Below the pieces are notes generated by a model, which was given only the letters and a program-made list of their open reading frames with translations, was not told the origin of the DNA and made no database searches. From Gonapodya sp. JEL0774 (Eukaryota), in contig JADIIX010000060.1 of the NCBI GenBank assembly GCA_027604505.1, positions 1 through 64,000 of the forward strand: a stretch of 64,000 bases of DNA, written 5' to 3'. The translations under genes and the position numbers were made by a program. This document shows positions 48,562 through 62,133 of this stretch, piece by piece (the first letter of the stretch is position 1; every line of letters begins with the position of its first letter).

Positions 48562-50745
48562 ATGGCACCCGACGTTGCGGTAGCTCCGTCAGCTCCAGAA
48601 TCGAAGGTTCCGCGGACTTTCACATGGCAGGAGGTTGCTCAACACAACTCCCCAGATTCAATGTGGTTCGCGGTCAGGGGCAAAGTTTACGATCTCACAT
48701 CTTTCGCAAAGAGACATCCTGGTGAGAAGTTGATAATTTTCACGGAGCATGGACAGAATGTCTATGAGATTCTCCATGCGAGGGTAGCTGGGAGCACCGG
48801 AAACTCTTGGACAGCTTTCTCACACTCTGGTATGTTCTTTTCGCGCTTTAAAATATCTCATGGATCGATATCGCTGCAGGTGGAGAGGATATCGTGAGTA
48901 GTTTGTTATCTAATCAAGGATAGTTGTCAAAAATCTCATTGGAAATAATCACTCCTCTATCTGGTGATTCGAATTCAATCTTTGTTTGCTTTGATGGGAT
49001 CACTCCGCTCAAATCACGAAATGTGTCGATGGTGTGACATCCGGCTCGTCTCATAGCTTCGTGCAAGCGCGGGACGAGATGTTACCCAGACCTTCGAGGT
49101 CTACCATGACCTCTCTTTCAAGGACAAGTTGAAGTAAGATCTAAAGTACTAGTGTGGAGTGGCGAAAAGCGGCTCGTTAACAGACTCGATTGCATTTATG
49201 AAAGAAAATTCTACATTGGCGAACTCGCATCGAACGAGTTGCCAACATTCCCCGAACCTTCTGCCTTTTTTGTCACTGTCAAGGATCGTGTAAAGCAGTA
49301 CTTCGTGGACACCAAACAAAACCCCCGGTTCGCACCGTGGATGTTCGTACGATATGCGGCCATCCTTGGCACAGTTGGTTTCGGGTGGTATTGTACATAC
49401 ATCAACGAACGCTTCAAGGGTAATTGGTGGGCGCAGGCTGCGTTTGCTGCTCTGACTGGATTCGCACAGGCACAGGTATGATTTGTGGAAGATTCATGTC
49501 TTTGGGTTGCCTTGTTCTTTAACATCGACGGGACTGTTATGCTAATTCATTTTCAGACCGGCCTGATGCCACTCCATGACTCCTCTCACTTCACCGTTAC
49601 GAGCAAGCCATGGGTTTGGAAACTGTTTGGCTCTACTCACGACTTTGTGAATGGTTCATCACATCTGCAATGGTGAGTCTCGCTTTGAGACATTGTGTTG
49701 GACACCATACCGCAACTTTTCACTATCCCTTCCGTCTCTACCCAGGTTGTACCAGCACATCCTTGGTCACCACCCGTACACGAACATCCCCGGCGTCGAC
49801 CCGGACATCAGCGTCCAGGACCCAGATGTGCGACGACTTTGGTCCGGACAGAAATGGTTCTCCAAATACCTTTATCAGGAACTTACCGTTCCGCCCCTGT
49901 ATGGTGCTTTAGGGGTAATGACCAGGAAGCAGGACATTGAGATTCTATATGCGACTTACCTCTGCGACAAGATTCGAACGAATGGGGTTGGGAGTTTGGA
50001 TAGTCTTATATTCTGGGGAGGGAAGGTAGGAGAGAACGCCCGTTTTTCGGTGTAATGCAGCAGTACTGAGCGGACGCTACTGTTATCAAAAGTTCTTCTG
50101 GCTCTGGAGTAGGGTGATCCTTCCTCTGCAGCTGCTCGGACTTCGTGCAGTTCCCTTCATTTTCATATCTGACATGGTTGCAAGTTATTGGCTTGCCCTT
50201 CTCTTCCAGGCTAACCACGTAGTCTCAGGTTCGCTTTGAATCAATCTTGGTTCATCGATTTCATCTCTTACGGTTGCTTCCCCCCTTGCTCCTTTACGGA
50301 ATCAAACTTTGTAAACAACAATATCGTACCCTGATGATGCACAACAGAGGTTGAGTGGCCATCCGCCGACCCCAAGACCAACACAATAGATCGTGATTGG
50401 GCAGAACACCAAATCGCTACTTCGCAGGATTACGCCCACGGCTCTTGGTTCTGGACCGTATTCTCGGGAGCACTCAATTACCAAGCCGTTCACCATGTGT
50501 TCCCCAACATTAACCAGTACTATTACCCCGAAATTGCACCCATCGTGATGAAAACGTGCGAAGAGTTTGGCTTGAAGTACCATCACAAGGTGGGCATTCG
50601 CGCATCACGCCTGTGCAACGGCGGGGATGCTCAGAGCTGATTTTCCGTGTCCCTCGCCCCCACGAATTAGGCTACCGCATCGGAGGCGGTCTTATCTCAT
50701 CTAAACCACCTTCGTACCATGGGACAGAAACCCAAGGTTTTGTGA
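48562..50745 (+). CDS. Front-end (delta-5-like) fatty acid desaturase with cytochrome b5 domain
   Basis: Cyt b5 HPGG region; His boxes HDSSH, QHILGHH and QAVHHVFP, as in Mortierella-type delta-5 desaturases. Confidence 0.9.
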
Positions 50746-51058
50746 GCAAGTTGTACTTATCCGGTGGGAGAGAATTACACGAAGGAATCGAGTAGATTAA
50801 ATTAAGGGGAGGGGAGAGGGAGGGGGAGGAGCTTCATTTAATGTAGAATGTTGGGATAGACGATCTAAAACTTTTTGTGCAAACGCTGTTGCGGTATTTG
50901 TCGTATGCGGTATCGAAAGAAGAACTCCCCGCTTCTTGTGGTGGGGATGACTGCAGGATCCATGATGGTTAGGAGAGGAGGGTGTCTGCCACATTCAGCG
51001 AGCCGGCTCAACTCCTATCCTCATTTCGGTCCATAAGGCTACGGTGCTGTCGCGGTGG

Positions 51059-51919
51059 TCACCACCTCGCGTCACTGCTCCTTCCCATCACACCAGCTTT
51101 TTTGTTCATCTCCTTGACAACGCCCACCACCTCTGTCAAGTTTGTTTCAAGGACCATTCCACCCGCAACGATTTCGTTCAACACATGGCGAACTTCGTCC
51201 GGTCGGAAAACCACGTCGAGCTCGCAAACGTTCTCGAAAACGCGATCCAGAGATTCCACCAGGACTTGGATGAGGTCCAGGACACCAAGCTGAGATTCAG
51301 AGGAGTCGGCCAGAAATACAAAGTAGAGGGTTGCGTAATGCTGGTGCAAGGGATTATGGAAATTATCATAAGCAATAAAGGTCATATGTGTTGGGAAACT
51401 GAAAATCCATAAATGATCCTTTATCCAACGAGTAAGCTCCTGGTGTCGCTTCAAATGCTTCATAGCTTTATTCCCCGACGAGGAGGTGGGGGGATATTTC
51501 ATTCGATTGGGAGAATAAGCTAAACTAGACACATTGCATTGTGGAGTATCGTGAATGTGCATTAAGTAAACGATGTCTTCTCCACTTTCTGCTCTCAAAT
51601 TTGCTGGATGTGTCAATTGTCCGCATCTCGTTCCTGTTCCTCCTGGTAGAAACTCACTCGGTAAATGACCTTGAGATCCTGCCCTTGGAGCTCTTTGATT
51701 CCCGAAGTCTCCACGAAGTTGCAAGCGGAGTCTGGTCGGTCGGAGACAAGTGTAAAAATTTGGCGAAGGAGAGCTTGCGTGGCATTCACGTCCTGTTCGT
51801 CAGGTCAGTTGCGAACACGGACACAAAGCGTTGAACTCCAATCCACCAACCAAGTACTCGTAGTTTGCTACCAAGCGGGGCTTCCCGTGGTTGTTGAAGA
51901 TGAAAACGTGCTTAATCAT
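51059..51919 (-). CDS. APS3: AP-3 complex sigma subunit
   Basis: MIKHVFIFNNHGKPRL; YATLYFVF..DSSESQLGVLDLIQVLVESLDRVFENVCELD; EIVAGGMVLETN. Confidence 0.9.
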
Positions 51920-52081
51920 CTTCTTCCTCTGTCCGCACTTGTGTCGATGTTGCAATTTCTGGAGCAATAAATTTATTCTTGGTATTTGATGTTCGGTTCG
52001 CCTGTGGTCACCCGCTGGAAGCTCCTCAACAACGGCACACAAAATCCATCGATTTCCCTATCAGCGTGTCTTTTCTACACA

Positions 52082-55000
52082 ATGGGCCATCTTGTAACCG
52101 TTGCTGCCGCACAACTTGATCAGTGGGCTCTCGATTTTCAGGGAAATCTGGACAGAATTCTGGAGTCCATTCGGCTCGCAAAGAAGGAAGGTGCAAAATA
52201 CCGCATTGGCCCCGAACTGGAGATTAGGTACGCAACAACAAAAGGGCAAGCGGATGTAAAGAAGTACGAACATGGGATGCGGTGTCCCTTTGCATTGTTT
52301 GAATGAAATGGAAGCTTGGACACCATCTGTGTGAGAGTTGATTCCAGCTCCAAATTGGCAATCTTACATCGTGGCAATACACTCGGTGGATTGAATCATG
52401 GGCGGATCGCATCGACGGGTCCACATTTCAATTGTGTGTATGATACTTTTCCCCTCGGCGGAGACAACAACAATTCGGTTCGCCAACATAACGCGAACGT
52501 CAATTTGCGGAATCTAGTCTTTGATAGAATGCGAAACAAAACAATATTGTTCCACTCCTCGGGCACCTCTGTGATCGATCAAACTTGGGTTGGGTCACCG
52601 AATCTTGCAGAGAGCTCCTCATCAGGAGTTGCTGTACCTTCTTCCATTCATGGGTTTTACCGCTTTTCTCATGAACGTCCTGTCCTCTCCCCGACTGAAA
52701 GTGGCTATGGATGCGCTGACCACTTTCTCGAGCCCGATACATACTTGCACTCCTGGGAAGCACTTGCGCAGCTACTCGTCCATCCAGATGCTCAGGATAT
52801 CCTTCTTGACGTCGGAATGTGTGTATCAAAAAAGGTTACAGAGAGTTGAGGACAAGTTGTCGAACAGCAAATTTTGGCCTGTGTTCAAGCTCTCTGACCT
52901 CGAATAACCTTCATGTATTTTAGGCCGGTTACCCACCACTCGGTCCACTACAATTGCCGACTTTTTATCCTTAACGGACGTATCCTCCTCATCCGTCCCA
53001 AGCTTCATCTCGCTTCGGATGGCAACTACCGCGAAGCCCGGTGGTTTACCCCCTGGAGCAAGCTGAGGGTTTTGGAGGAGCACTACTTACCGCGGGTAGT
53101 TAGGAAGATTGCCGGTCAAGAAACTGTACCGTTTGGTGAGAAATAGCCCTGAAGATGCCGCGAATAAGAGTGGTCTGATCGCGATATTGTGCAGGTGACG
53201 GTGTCATCGCAACCCTCGACACTGTCGTGGGTACCGAGCTTTGCGAGGAACTTTTCACTCCACAGAGGTGAGTTGACGCAGAACTGGGATCTTAGAAGGT
53301 GATAAGCTGGACTTCACTCAGCTCGGTCATGTGGGGATCGAGTAATTGTGCTCGAAGTTCACATTACTCGCTGTTCTCCCCCGTGATTTCGATTCGGAAA
53401 AGTCCACTCCGGTCGTCTTGCTTACTTATTGCTCTCTGTATAACCCGGGCCCGTTTCTTCAAGTCCTCACATCGCCATGGGTCTCGACGGCGTCGAGGTA
53501 TTCGGTAACCCAAGCGCGTCGCACTGGGAGCTCCGCAAACTGGGAACGAGGGTAGATCTCATCCGCAACGCAACGGCCAAGGTGTGTTTAGGCCTGATTA
53601 TGGGTTCTTTTTGCGTATGTCTTCAAAATCTGCCCGATCTCTTGCAGACAGGAGGCATTTACGTCTATTGCAACCAACAAGGATGTGATGCAGATCGGCT
53701 ATATTTCGATGGCGCATCGATGGTGGTCGTAAACGGAAAGGTCGCATCAATTGGTACCCAGTTCAGCTTGCGAGATGTGGTGAGTATGGGGAAGCGTGAG
53801 ATATGCGCTATCACGGATCGGAACATTGAAAGCTGAATCTTCTGCGAATGATTCTCTCTTCGGCTCATGAATTTCAGGAAGTAGTGACAGCAACTGTGGA
53901 TCTCGAGTCCGTCCGAGCTTACAGGGGTAAACACCACTCCCGCTCAGTGCAAGCTTCGCACTCCCCATCCTACCCACGAGTGAAGGCAGACTTTGCGCTT
54001 TCCGCGCCACCTTCGAACGTTGTAGACGGGACTTGGGAGGGGGATTCCCCGGTTGGTGCCGACGGGAAGCAGTGGTGGGGGAGACCCCCAACCATCCTCA
54101 TGGACAGCGTGGACTTGTGTGGCCCGTTCGAGGAAATCGCGTGGGTGTGGAATCTGACATTAATTGGACCTCGCAAGCGATTTCATCATCCAACGTATTC
54201 ACTCTGCTAGCTACGGTCCCGCGTGCTGGCTTTGGGACTATCTGCGCCGATCGAAAGCCGCGGGCCTTTTTGTTCCTCTTTCAGGGGGCGTGGATTCATG
54301 CGCGGTTGCATTGATTGTATTCTCCATGTGCATGATGGTGGTGGACGCAGTCAAAGATGGAGGTTCGGATGGCGTTGCTTGTTAGGGTGTTTCCTCTCAT
54401 GGTCTTCTGAAGTTTCATCTCCGAATTATTGGTTAAAGATGCAACAGTGCTGAGCGATGTCAGACGTATTGTTGCGGAAGATGGAACCGATTACGTTCCC
54501 AAGGATGCGGCCGAATTGTGTGGGTGAGTTGCTGCAGATCCTCAATTGTTATCCTTAGGAGTTCTTCATCTGCGAATGTGCAGACGCCTTTTTCATACGT
54601 GCTACATGGGCACCAAAAACTCAACGGCAGATACTCGCAACCGAGCCGCAGACCTCGCCAAGCGCATCGGTGCATATCACCTCAACTTGGACATTGACTC
54701 CATTACATCCGCATTCCTCACTGTTTTCACCTCTGTAACGCGAAAGGAGCCTCGCTTTAAGGTACACGGAGGGTCGTTTGCTGAGAATCAAGCTCTGCAG
54801 AACATTCAGGCGAGGACGAGAATGGTGATGGCTTATCTTATGGGTCAGCTTTTACCGTGGTGCCGAGGGAGGCTCGGAGGCTTGCTCGTACTCGGAACTG
54901 CAAACGTCGACGAAAGGTGAATGGAATTTTGGAGGCGCCAATTTTGAGTGCTAATTATCAGTGGCATTGTCCATCAATAGTCTTCGGGGGTACTTCACAA

Positions 55001-55709
55001 AGTACGATTGTTCAGCTGCGGACCTCAATCCCATCGGTGCCATCTCCAAAAATGACCTCCGGGGGTTTATTCTTTATGCGCAGAAAGAGTTTCAAATGCC
55101 CTTCCTCTCTGAGTGGGTTTGGATGAATCCCCCTTTTGATCTCTCCGCAACCCGATCTTTTCCCCAGATTTTTGGACGCACCTCCCACAGCTGAGCTTGA
55201 ACCCATCACCGACACCTACCAGCAAAAGGACGAAGTTGACATGGGTATGACTTACGATGAATTGTCGAGATTCGGCAGATTGAGGAAAGTCGAAATGTCG
55301 GGTCCTTGGTCTATGTTCAGCAAACTCGTTTATGAATGGGGAAGTTTCTTAAGCCCGACGGAGGTTTGTCTTGCTCAGAGAAGACACACCACGTTTCGCT
55401 TGTTAAATCGCCCTGCATACTGTCAGATCGCGGCAAAAGTGAAGCGGTTCTTCTTCTATTACTCCATCAACAGGCATAAGATGACCATTTTAACGCCGAG
55501 TGTACACTGCGGTGAGCATTTTCGAGGTTTTTTGTGGTGTTTGTAGCCACCGTTAGAGCATCCATTACCGCTTAGAGTCGTACAGTCCAGACGACAATCG
55601 CTTTGATTTGCGTCCATTTCTCTATAATGCAGCGTGGACTTGGCAATTCTCAAAGATTGATCGCGCTGCCGTAGAGATGGAGGCAGGTAAGGGAGGATCA
55701 CCGTCATGA
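52082..55709 (+). CDS. QNS1: Glutamine-dependent NAD+ synthetase, multi-exon
   Basis: [11 protein letters not shown]...[89 protein letters not shown]. Confidence 0.96.
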
Positions 55710-55808
55710 TATCATACATTTATTGGGATCACTTTGCTAGAAGGGCGTGTTAAGATAAATTTTTGTCTGCATGTAAAGACATTTTCTTCCAAAGACACGA
55801 GTAAATGT

Positions 55809-56446
55809 TCAATTCGGATGCATTTGGCTCCCGCGAGTCGTTTCCCCTCGCTCAAATATTTTTTCCAGTTCATCTACGGGTGTTGCATCCAATAACCCCA
55901 GTGATTTACCGCCTGCAATCCCATTTCTCTCCGAATAGAATCTGCGATCGTGTGTTGGAGTGCAGTAGTCCCAGTTTTCCTCACTATAGAGCAGGCCATC
56001 GGGGAAGGAATAAACACCATTTGTTGGAGTTCCATTGACCCAGACTGCGCTATATGTGCCGAACGGTGGAATAGTGAAATGAACAGTACCGGCGCCATGA
56101 AACCTTTATGAAGATGATGTCATGCATGTTAGAGGGACTTGAATGACTAGTTAGAATGCACTAAACCTCACTTTCCGTCCTTAAAATTCCCCAAGTAGTA
56201 TCCTGATCCATCGCTGAATGTAAATTTTCCGCTACCTTCAATCCTGTTTTCATCCACCACCACAATTGAAGTTCACAGCAAAATGGTGTAAGAGGTAAGC
56301 ACAACAGATCTAGTAAACGCACTTTAGGGATCCAGAAAGTCCATCTCACCTTCCATTCTTTACATCCGCTTCGAAAGGGCTTCCGTGAAACGCCTTTATT
56401 GAAGTGCAAATGGTTCACATGAGGACAATTTCAACACAACGACCAT
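55809..56446 (-). CDS. MORN5: MORN repeat-containing protein 5-like (correct frames absent from the ORF track)
   Basis: Spliced: M|AFHGSPFEADVKNGR|IEGSGKFTFSDGSGYYLGNFKDGK|FHGAGTVHF...Y.AVW.NG....GVYSFPDGLLYSEENWDYCTPTHDRRFYSE. The 3' end may contain a further intron. Confidence 0.85.
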
Positions 56447-56845
56447 CCGATGACCTTGACGAATGACCAGGTGATTGTTGTGATCCCATTCACTTTGCTT
56501 ACCATTCAGAAACCCAATTTCTGGATTCGAGTACTGGAGATCAGAGGGAACAAGCCTGATCGGCGATCACCACCCTCCACCCACCAACCACCACCCTTCA
56601 CCTGCCAAATAAGTTGTAGCAGAGAAAGAGGGAAGCAATGTATGCAAGATGACACAGTTGTAAGACTTTGAGATTCCAAACTCCATCACAAATAGGGGCG
56701 GGACAGAGCGGCACACGAGATATTCAAATGTTTGAAAGACAAGTGTTCTCTTTTGAAAATGATGGGGATGAATGTAAATGCTCCAAGCTAATTTTAAGAG
56801 ACGGATATCCCCTCATTCTTCTGCCCTATCGCACGCAACAACCTT

Positions 56846-58833
56846 CTACTGGGGGTTCGGGCCTGTTTGAAAATTTCGAAAATCTCGCTGTTAGTATGAA
56901 GGGTCAATATTGTTGTTCATCCTATGTGGAGTTACCCACATTCAGTTGCAATGTGGCCTTCTTGGTTGCATCTGTAGCAGACGCGTCCTTTGGTACATTC
57001 CCTGGAGAACTATGGACACAAGTAGCGCATCAACTCAATTGTCCATTTATGGAAAGTGAATGTTAATCAAGTTGTACTTACGTGTCCCGGTTGCCCGCAG
57101 TTGTAGCAGCGGTTTGGTCCGCCCCCCGGGGCTCCTCCATACCCGCCACCTCCACCACCAGCACCATACCCACCTCCACCTCCTCCATAGCCCTGGTCGC
57201 CACCGGCGTTGGGGCTGATAACAACCCAGAATGGCGTCTCTCAGCGACATCAACATAACCGTTTCCAACTAACGAGTATACGAACCACTCCCTGGCCATG
57301 TGACCTGGTTGACCGCACTTGAAACATTCGTTGCTCCTTCCGCCACCACCACCGTAGCCCCCGCCATAGCCACCACCGTAACCGCCACGTGAGGGACCAC
57401 CGCCGTAACCGCCTGAGTACGGTGTGGGGTAAATAGCAGGTTTCGTAAAGTAGATAGTTCGTACTCACCATCACCGCCATACCCACCACCGTATCCACCA
57501 CCGCCATAACCCCCACCGCCACCGTATCCTCCACCATATCCTCCACGGCCACCCTGCTGACCACCTGTAAAAGAGACCTGTAAAAAATGTTCGAACGGGA
57601 GGGAAATGCCAATCTAATGACATACCGTAGCCACCTCCACCGTAGCCGCCTTGCTGTGCGTTAGGGCACTGACGGGCAAACAAAATATGGCATCTTCACA
57701 AGTTGCCTGGAGGGTCAACCAAATGTGTACTCACGTCCCGCGCGACATGGTCACCGGATCCACAACTGAGTTGAGACATTGAAATTTTGGAGCCGTGTTC
57801 ATTTCTCTTTACTAGTACGACGGGAAGACTCACCGGTAGCAGGTCCTCTGCTCAGTGCAGTCCTGTGTTACATGAAATGACGGACACCCAACCCCAAAGA
57901 CGGAGCGCGAGTGTCAACACTTGTGCGAATCAAAGAGCAAACCAACCTCTCTCGCAGAACCTCGTCGCCGACTTGCCCCTTCTAGCGTACGAACCTTCGA
58001 CAGGTGACCCTCCTAACAACATAACGACACAAACACCCAGCATACGTCAACATTTCAGTCACTCTATCGCGCTTTCAACATCAACACCGCAACCACAACA
58101 CCACTCCACAGTTTTCAATAACCCAGGCCCCAGCCCCGAATTGGCATCGCTCACTACAATTGCCTCGGACACAAATTGTCAGTAGTCGGCAAGTAGGATA
58201 GCGAAGTCCCACGTTGGGGCTCCAGCCACTCTTCCCTCATGCACTCTCATATCTCATGTCTCGCTCTTCGGCCCTCAGGCATTGACCTTCAAGCTCGGGG
58301 AGGTGAGAACGCGGGCTAAGCAACGAGGAAAGAGTGGTAGTCCACACAATCGAGTGGCTTGGAGTGAATTGGGCTTGAAGAGTGTGGCATGGGTGGTGAT
58401 GTAGCCGGTCATCACAAGAAACACACCTTCCCGCTGATTTGTTGTGGTTGCGATTTCGTAATAGTCGACATTGATCGTCGAAAGAGTCCAGGATTACGCA
58501 ATATAATAGTCAGGAAGAGCCAAGACGACGAGTGTTGTCACCGAACAACGAGTGGAAGAAGCGAGCGTCGGAGACGGTTGGTTTCGAACTGCGGCTAATT
58601 CCTGGTTGTCGACAAAGACACCGAAAGCCTCACGAACCAGTTGTAACAGGATTTCTCTCCCTTGGGACACTCGCGTGCCATGTGGCCCACCTGATTCGTG
58701 TGCAGACAGGGGGGTTTCGTAAACATCAACGAGCTCAGGACGGAATCACGAAGTCGGGGGAACTAACTTCTCCGCAGCGGTAGCAGACGCCACCAGCTCC
58801 AGCTCCAGGTCCGCCTCCTTGTCTATAAGCCAT
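56846..58833 (-). CDS. CNBP/Gis2-like CCHC zinc-knuckle, Gly/Tyr-rich RNA-binding protein, 12 coding exons
   Basis: Six CX2CX4HX4C knuckles after manual splicing (e.g. CYRCGEVGHMAREC, CYNCGKEGHLSKDC, CFKCGQPGHMAREC) with GGY/RGG linkers. Confidence 0.88.
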
Positions 58834-59533
58834 ATGTATGATGATCCGATGTGTTTGCAAATGAGTTCACGAAAACGGGAGTGGAGAAAACTGAGGCACC
58901 TTGCATGCACTGTGACACGAACATGGTACAAAACTGAGCACAATAATTTGCCAGGGGGTCAGGCAGTGTTCGGGGAAGAATGGAACGAAGGGTAACAAGA
59001 AGGCAACTAGCCTTATGAATGAGATTTGATTACTACAATTCAGGACGAAAGTAGCGCAATGAGAGTATGAGTGTGTTGTTCTGCATGCTTGGAGACGATT
59101 TATATGCCTCCCCCGCCTCCCCTTTCTCCCCGAAAAGGATTCAATCTGCTGCATGAGTGTTTTCTTTGGTTATTGGTTTTAGTCTACTATGGAGGCGGGC
59201 CTCCGATTTATGGCACCAAAACCGATTGAGGTAGACAACAACTACTTGCCGGTGATGCAGCGTACCAGAGAGCAGAGGCGAACAGGACAGCAATTGGTCA
59301 AGGCTTACTCACCCGTAGTTCGTGAACACTCGATTTTCGTGCGGTCATCCTTTGTGTTCGTGAGATCAACTCCCAACCCCTAAAATTTATGACGCGACAA
59401 CCCTTACTTATTCAATAATTAATTGAATAGCGATCTGGCATAATATGGCATTCTCACCCATCTCGAGCCACCCATTTAACAGCTGTGCTCTCGGGAGACC
59501 TCTGCATTCTTTACCACTTTGGACTGAGAACAT

Positions 59534-61732
59534 ATGTCCAACGATCAAAAGATCCGCATTGCACACACTGCACCTCTCGCGATCGGAGGTGAGACACCGA
59601 GATGATCTGAGTTCGTCTATAATACGCCAATCTGAAAACGAACGTTGGCTTTGCAGATCAGCGAATCAAACGACGCATCGGATGGTTTGAGGGGGGCTTG
59701 TTCAACATCGGCATGATCATTGGAACTGGGGTGTTCTCAAATCCTACACTCATACTAAGATATGCTGGGTCTACCGGTGTATCGCTGATTTTATGGATTC
59801 TGGGTGGAGTCGTGGCCGCTGCCGGCCTTTGGGCTTTCACCGAGCTCGGAACCACGGTGAGTGCGCTTGTCGTGCTCAAACGATTGGATGCGTCAAGTTC
59901 AGTACTGAAAATTCTTTGATCTTTCCAAAGCTTCCAAGGAGTGGAGGCGAAAAGGAGTACCTTGCGTACGCGTTCCCCAAACCGAAAAAGCTGCTGTCTT
60001 TCCTCTTCGCGACAAACGGACTCATTCTTCTACGTGGAGCGGGTGAGCTTGTGCAATTGTTTTGAATTTTATGGCAGATTGGGATGCTGACCTCTTTCTC
60101 GGCCATGCACTAAGGTATTGCAAACACACTCATCGTATTCGGGAACTATCTGAATTATGCGATCTACGGTCCTACTTACAGCAGTGACTATGGAGCTCGA
60201 GGGCTCGCGGTGGCTGCCTTGGTGAGTTCTTGTTCGTAATTTTGAAGTAAATTTCCGATGGCCCACATCCGCCCACCGCCGCTAGACTGTTATAGCGGCT
60301 ATAAACATATTTTCGGTCTCTATCGCTATTAGGCAAGTCAAATTTAGAGCTCGTACGTCGATTCCTACACAAGTATACATCATGAATACTCGTCGATTCC
60401 AGGTTGAACTCAGTCATCACATCATACAAGATCATTCTCGTTTCCTTCGTAGTTCTCGTTGGCTTTGTCGCTATTGTCGGTGAGACTGGAAAGCTCTACT
60501 GTCCATTACAACCACTTCAGCTAACGGATTGTTGTTTTTGGAGGCGGTTTTCGTGATGTTAATATCCCTGGACTGGTTGAAACCATCACTTTCCAAGGAA
60601 CATCAAATTCTCCCGGAAACTATGCGAATGCAATCTACTATGTAATGTATGCATATAACGGGTGGGCAAATGTGAACTACATTCTCGATGAGGTTCAGTG
60701 AGTACCGGGGAGTTAGTTGGGGTCGTGGTTACTCTCAATAAACCAAGAAACCTTTGGCCTTTGACAGCGACCCGATCAAGAACTTGCCCAAAGCTGCGAT
60801 CTTCAGTCTGGGCACCACTACCGCACTCTATATTCTCGCAAATCTCGCTTACTTCGCTGTGCTTACGAAGGAAGAAATTCTTGGTTCCAATTTGACAGTT
60901 GCCGCAACTTTGTGAGTAGAAGGAGTTCAAGCAAGCAGTATTCAGTGGCTGACTCCACTATTTTGCTGTTGTATCTCAGTTTCACCAAGACCATCGGTGG
61001 CACTTTTGGCTCTCGAGTGTTACCTGGACTCATTGCACTGTCACCTTTCGGTCTAGCCTCGGTCATTCTGTACACTGGTTCGCGTGTCGTGCTAGAAACA
61101 GCCCGGGAAGGTCTCATTCCATTTGCTGACTACCTCGGCCATGTCAATACGCGATTCAACAGCCCAGTTTACGCCATCCTCTTCCTCTACGCACTTACTG
61201 TCGTTTTCCTATTCGCTCCACCTCCCGGTCAAGCTTTCAGTTTCATTGTTTCATTCTCTGGATACACCGGCTACGGGTTCTACTTCCTTGCGTTGATCGG
61301 TCTCTACATTATCCGTCGTCGGGAACCGGAACTTCACCGTCCCATTAAGGCACCGTTGGTTGCCACAGGAATATTCGCATTCTTCTCGATTTACCAAGTC
61401 ATTTTCACGCTCGTACCACCTACTAACGTAACCACATCATATCCATATTATTGTGAGTGTTCCCTCGATCGGTGACTAGTGTGCGCCCTCTTTTCGGCTC
61501 CGTGCTAAGTTTGTTTGATCACCCGACACTAGTGCCGTACGTTCTGTCTCTAATAATTTTGGCTGCGAGCATCGGACTATGGTACCTCCAGGTCGTTGTG
61601 TACAAAGGTGTGGAAAAGTCGTACAATGCTCGGATCGCCGCTGAAGCGGAGGCGCAACTGGCCTCGGAAATTTTCCACATTGAAGTAAAGCTGCCCGAGG
61701 ATTCAAAGGGAGAGAAAGGAGACGTGGTGTAA
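59534..61732 (+). CDS. APC-family (LAT/Mup1-like) amino acid permease, multi-exon
   Basis: GMIIGTGVFSNP; LWILGG; ELGT.LPRSGGEKEYL; YAYNGW; AREGLIPF; RRREPELHRP. Confidence 0.9.
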
Positions 61733-62133
61733 GCTTCCAAAGAATGAGCATTTTCGGTAGAGATGGAATGTATTATCAATAAATGAATGACCTGTCTTGA
61801 ATCACATTCCCACAATTTGACGGGAGCCTGAAAATTTGACGTTACAGAACATGACGAGAGTGCAGTCTTTGAACGACGAGTGGGCCGAACTGAAATGTAG
61901 ATCACTTCCGGAGGCAGGGCCGTGACTCGCTGTGTACCCTGTTGAGGCGGATTGTCGTAGGGTGATACGGAATCCTCCTCAGGATCGTCTGAGAGCCTCT
62001 GGGGAGTGGGGAACGACATCCACCCACAAAGTTGGGCATGGCGTTTCAGGTAGTACAAGGACCCCTCCTGGTTGGAGGGAACGTCCACTCAAACCAGCAG
62101 AATATATTACCCTTTCAAGCCATCCCATCTCGA

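Noticed and set aside
58409..58415. C-box GTGATGA suggesting a C/D snoRNA
   Set aside because: Too near the donor, with no terminal stem or recognisable rRNA guide next to a D box.
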